A stretch of DNA of 64,000 nucleotides from Tateyamaria sp. (lineage in GTDB: Bacteria > Pseudomonadota > Alphaproteobacteria > Rhodobacterales > Rhodobacteraceae): assembly GCA_029250205.1 (NCBI GenBank), contig JAQWVA010000120.1, positions 16,610 through 80,609 of the forward strand, in the 5' to 3' direction. Position 1 is the stretch's first letter, and every line of letters begins with the position of its first letter. The notes beneath the pieces were generated by a model. The model had not been told where the DNA came from and did not search any database. It worked only from the letters and a program-made list of their open reading frames with translations. This document shows, in pieces, positions 60,509 through 64,000 of the stretch. A program made the position numbers and the translations under genes.

Positions 60509-61285
60509 ATGACCTATGAGACCCTGATCTATTCGCTTGAAAACGGCATCGTCCAGATCACCCTCGACCGTCCTGATGTCATGAACGCGCTGACCACGCA
60601 GATGCGTGCAGAGATTGAACATGCTGTGATCAAGGGTGGCAAAGAGGGGCGCGTCGTGGTGCTGACAGGGGCTGGGCGGGCCTTTTGTTCTGGCCAAGAT
60701 CTGGGCGACCGGGCCAATGCGGGCAATCTTGATCTAGAGCGCACATTGCGCGACGAATATACCCCCATGTTAAACGCAATCGTTGAGTGCCCGGTGCCGA
60801 CAATTGCGGCGGTCAATGGGGCTGCAGCAGGTGCTGGGGCCAACCTTGCGCTGGCCTGTGACGTTGTCATCGCGTCTGAACGTGCTTATTTCTTGCAAGC
60901 CTTTACTCGGATCGGCCTGATCCCTGACGCGGGCGGAACCTATGTGATGCCGCGTACGATGGGCATGGCCAAGGCGATGGGGGCTGCACTTTTTGCGGAC
61001 AAGATCAGTGCGCGGCAGGCTGATAATTGGGGCCTTATCTGGGAGGCGGTCGAGGACGACCAGTTTGACGCGCATTGGAAGGCCCGTGCAATGCATCTGG
61101 CCACCGGTCCAACCCAGGCTTTTGCCGCAGCCAAGCGGGTGATCCGCGCGAGTTGGGCCAATGATCTTGAGACGCAGTTGGCCGCTGAAGCGACAGAGCA
61201 GGGTGACTGTGGCCAGAGCCGTGATTTCCGCGAGGGCGTTTTGGCCTTTGTGGAAAAACGAAAGCCGAACTTTGAGGGCCGTTAG
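60509..61285 (+). CDS. Enoyl-CoA hydratase/isomerase (PaaG-like)
   Basis: GRAFCSGQDL, AAGAGANLALACD, IGLIPDAG, DFREGVLAF. Confidence 0.88.
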   Translation: MTYETLIYSLENGIVQITLDRPDVMNALTTQMRAEIEHAVIKGGKEGRVVVLTGAGRAFCSGQDLGDRANAGNLDLERTLRDEYTPMLNAIVECPVPTIAAVNGAAAGAGANLALACDVVIASERAYFLQAFTRIGLIPDAGGTYVMPRTMGMAKAMGAALFADKISARQADNWGLIWEAVEDDQFDAHWKARAMHLATGPTQAFAAAKRVIRASWANDLETQLAAEATEQGDCGQSRDFREGVLAFVEKRKPNFEGR

Positions 61286-61523
61286 AAAATCGGTATGGCT
61301 GGGTAAAGCATGACTGAACTTTCTTGCTCAAAAATCGCTTGCTTTGCGACCTCTTTGATCAGTGTCGCATACTGAATGCTTCCGTCGTGGGTTGGTGATC
61401 TAGGGAATACGGTCATTTCTTGAAAAAATTAAGATGCATGAGGCTCATAAGCCTGAGCATAGCATTTGTCAGTGTCCATAGAAGATCATCAGCAACTTCC
61501 GATGATCTTTTGAGCATACAAGA

Positions 61524-62346
61524 TCAGCTAAGACGGTCGTGAATGACTATGGGGGTGTTATTCGCCTGCAGATCAGACAATTTCGTATTTTCGAAATAGG
61601 CGAAAATTTCTTTCCCCACAAGCAGCGTTGCCGTGCCATCTTCATCCTCCCCGAATTTAACAAAGTCCTCGGAAACGGCCTCAGCCATTACAATATCGGG
61701 GTAGAGTGTGAAGACTATTGCATCTTCAACGGCATCAAAATCTGTGATGCGAACAGGGTCTTCCGGATTGACCCAATATCCAACATTTACCGTGTCTGCA
61801 CCGTTGCCAATAATAACCACGTCATTGCTTCCTGCAAAAATTGTGTCGTTACCATATCCGCCATCGAGCGTATCGGTATCTTCTGTTTTAGCATCCAGAT
61901 CGACGAAATCGTTCATGTTCAAATCATTTTTTGATGTGCCGGACCTTAGGGTGTCAACGAGGTCTTGAGCCGAAATAACATCGGCTCCGAAAAGTTGATC
62001 GTTCCCTACATCACCAAAAAGTACATCTTCACCTGCTCCGCCGAAAATTAAATCAGCGTTCCGACCGCCTCTTAGGAAATCATCGCCTGAGTCGCCCAGG
62101 ATCACATCTCCGCCTTAACCACCGAAAACTCTGTCGTCATCTTCACCGGCTAGAATAATGTCGTTGGCTTCATTGCCAAAAATGGTGTCGTTTCCGCCCC
62201 CCGTTGCAAAAAAGTCTTCGCCGTTGCCGCCCTGTTCACTCATCGGGCGCGCTCACATTATCATTGTCGTCGGGACCATCCGATAGAAGAATTACGCCTG
62301 CAAGTGTGCCAGCGCCCAAAAAGCTCATCATTAAAAATCCAAGCAT
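61524..62346 (-). pseudogene. RTX/hemolysin-type Ca-binding repeat protein with a frameshift and a nonsense codon
   Basis: The hydrophobic leader from 62346 stops at TGA 62238-62236. GGxGxD nonapeptides continue in a shifted frame through an in-frame TAA at 62117-62115 into ORF 62105-61524. Confidence 0.75.
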
Positions 62347-62483
62347 ATTTCAAACACGCCCTACCTAATATTAGTGAGTTCAAATAGCATATGGCAGACG
62401 CTTAGGGCAGTATTCAAAATTCAAAGAATACTCAATTTTATCGTTTGGTTTGCATGAATAATGATCTTGAGTTTTTTTTGAAT

Positions 62484-62513
62484 AAAAAAGCCCCTGTAAG
62501 ATACAGGGGCTTT
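62484..62513 (-). terminator. Intrinsic terminator of gltA
   Basis: The minus strand reads AAAGCCCCTGTA-TCT-TACAGGGGC followed by TTTTTT. Confidence 0.85.
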
Positions 62514-62536
62514 AAGGTTGTGCGTATTGTTTCGCT

Positions 62537-63832
62537 TTATCTGCTCTCAATATCTGTGTAATCGCGCGCGGTCTCACCCAGATAAAGCTGGCGGGGGCGA
62601 CCGATCTTGTTTTGTGGATCTGCAATCATCTCTTTCCACTGCGAAATCCAGCCAACCGTGCGGCTAACCGCAAAGATCGGCGTGAACATTGAGGTCGGGA
62701 AACCCATCGCTTCAAGGATAATGCCAGAATAGAAATCAACGTTTGGAAACAGCTTTTTCTCAGCGAAATACGGATCTTCGAGGGCAGCTTTTTCCAATTC
62801 TTTGGCGACTTGCAGGATCGGGTTGTTTTCGACACCCAGAAGTTCCAATACTTCGTCGGCCGACTGTTTCATTACTGTCGCGCGCGGATCGTGATTCTTG
62901 TAGACACGGTGACCAAAACCCATCAGGCGGAACGGGTCGCTCTTATCTTTGGCGCGAGCAATATATTCGGGGATTTTGTCAACCGTACCAATTTCTTTGA
63001 GCATCTCAAGGCAGGCCTGATTGGCGCCGCCATGGGCTGGACCCCAAAGACATGCGATGCCCGCCGCGATACAGGCAAACGGGTTCGCTCCCGAGGAAGA
63101 AGCCAGGCGTACTGTCGATGTCGAAGCGTTTTGCTCATGGTCGGCGTGTAGCGTAAAGATACGGTCCATCGCACGGCTCAGGATCGGGTTGACCACATAA
63201 TCTTCGGCGGGAACGGCAAAGCACATGCGCAAGAAATTTGAGGCATAATCCTCGTCATTGCGTGGATACACGAAAGGCTGGCCGATTGAGTATTTATAGG
63301 CCCATGCAGCGATTGTTGGCATCTTGGCGATTAGCCGGTGCGATGCAATCTCGCGTTGGCGTTCATCGTTGATATCAGTGCTGTCGTGGTAAAAAGCCGA
63401 CATGGCCCCTACGACGCCGGTCATGATTGCCATCGGGTGCGCATCGCGACGGAACCCCCGAAAGAAATTTTGCATCTGTTCATGCAGCATTGTGTGCATA
63501 GTGATGTTGTTCTCGAATTTCTCCAACCGCTGCGTCGAGGGCAGTTCGCCGTAAAGCAGGAGATAGCACACCTCTAGAAAATGAGATTTGGAGGCCAATT
63601 GATCAATCGGGTAACCGCGGTGCAAAAGCACGCCCTTGTCGCCATCAATGAACGTAATCGTGCTGTCGCAGCTTGCGGTAGATGTAAAGCCTGGGTCGTA
63701 TGTGAAAACGCCTGCCTGCCCATATAGCTTGCGAATATCCAGAACATCAGGCCCCTCGGTTGGTGAATGAATCGGCAGGTCGTAGGAGTGATCGTCGATC
63801 GTTAGGGTCGCAGATTTCTGTTCGTCAGCCAT
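62537..63832 (-). CDS. gltA: Citrate synthase (type II)
   Basis: [46 protein letters not shown]. Confidence 0.98.
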   Translation of the reverse strand: MADEQKSATLTIDDHSYDLPIHSPTEGPDVLDIRKLYGQAGVFTYDPGFTSTASCDSTITFIDGDKGVLLHRGYPIDQLASKSHFLEVCYLLLYGELPSTQRLEKFENNITMHTMLHEQMQNFFRGFRRDAHPMAIMTGVVGAMSAFYHDSTDINDERQREIASHRLIAKMPTIAAWAYKYSIGQPFVYPRNDEDYASNFLRMCFAVPAEDYVVNPILSRAMDRIFTLHADHEQNASTSTVRLASSSGANPFACIAAGIACLWGPAHGGANQACLEMLKEIGTVDKIPEYIARAKDKSDPFRLMGFGHRVYKNHDPRATVMKQSADEVLELLGVENNPILQVAKELEKAALEDPYFAEKKLFPNVDFYSGIILEAMGFPTSMFTPIFAVSRTVGWISQWKEMIADPQNKIGRPRQLYLGETARDYTDIESR

Positions 63833-63942
63833 AAGGTATATTCCTTTCATCGCACGGCGAATTCAGCCGCCACAAGACGCGGTATTAGCGGTGCGTCAAT
63901 TCTATTGTCGGCCGCGCCCCTATTCAACAGGGGTTCCTGCTG

Positions 63943-64000
63943 TCAGGCCGCAGCATCTTCTAGTCTGGCGAGGGTTTCTTGGCGCCCCAGAACCAGCATC
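63943..64000 (-). CDS. gltX: C-terminal fragment of glutamate-tRNA ligase
   Basis: The minus strand reads MLVLGRQETLARLEDAAA-stop, matching the GltX C-terminus; gltX usually precedes gltA in this family. Confidence 0.7.
   Translation of the reverse strand, partial: MLVLGRQETLARLEDAAA

Noticed and set aside
1-64000. tRNA, rRNA, riboswitch, IS or CRISPR elements
   Set aside because: I found no cloverleaf/T-loop signatures, transposase motifs, terminal inverted repeats or repeat-spacer arrays by eye. A covariance-model scan could still find weak RNAs.

Overview
Core-chromosome segment of a Rhodobacteraceae (Roseobacter-group) alphaproteobacterium, inferred from gene content and order. It holds about 55 protein genes: kynU, the znuABC/zur locus, an inverted-domain photolyase, clpPX, accBC, a LIV-type ABC transporter, a ScfR regulator with an SLC5-fused sensor-kinase module, orphan fliM, gapR, the dnaB-alr-mlaEF-radA-cvpA-purF run, pyrCE, a MoxR/VWA pair, purL, a large MscS, LysR plus fused IOR, murI-argC-ccmE, a GTA-type endolysin/holin pair, ccmFH and gltA. 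I saw no rRNA, tRNA, CRISPR array, transposase or integrase. Three genes carry visible lesions: znuA (in-frame TAG), the GH108 endolysin (frameshift) and an RTX-repeat gene (frameshift plus TAA). The most interesting signals are non-coding. (i) A candidate ~80-nt sRNA lies directly downstream of the VtlR/LsrB-like LysR gene, with a promoter, a strong terminator and an anti-Shine-Dalgarno seed that can pair with the RBS of the neighbouring ior gene. (ii) A phased DnaA-box array with a nested tandem NrdR-like box pair lies upstream of dnaB. (iii) Two diverged copies of a short intergenic repeat are present. All calls are by-eye motif and family recognition; no searches were run.
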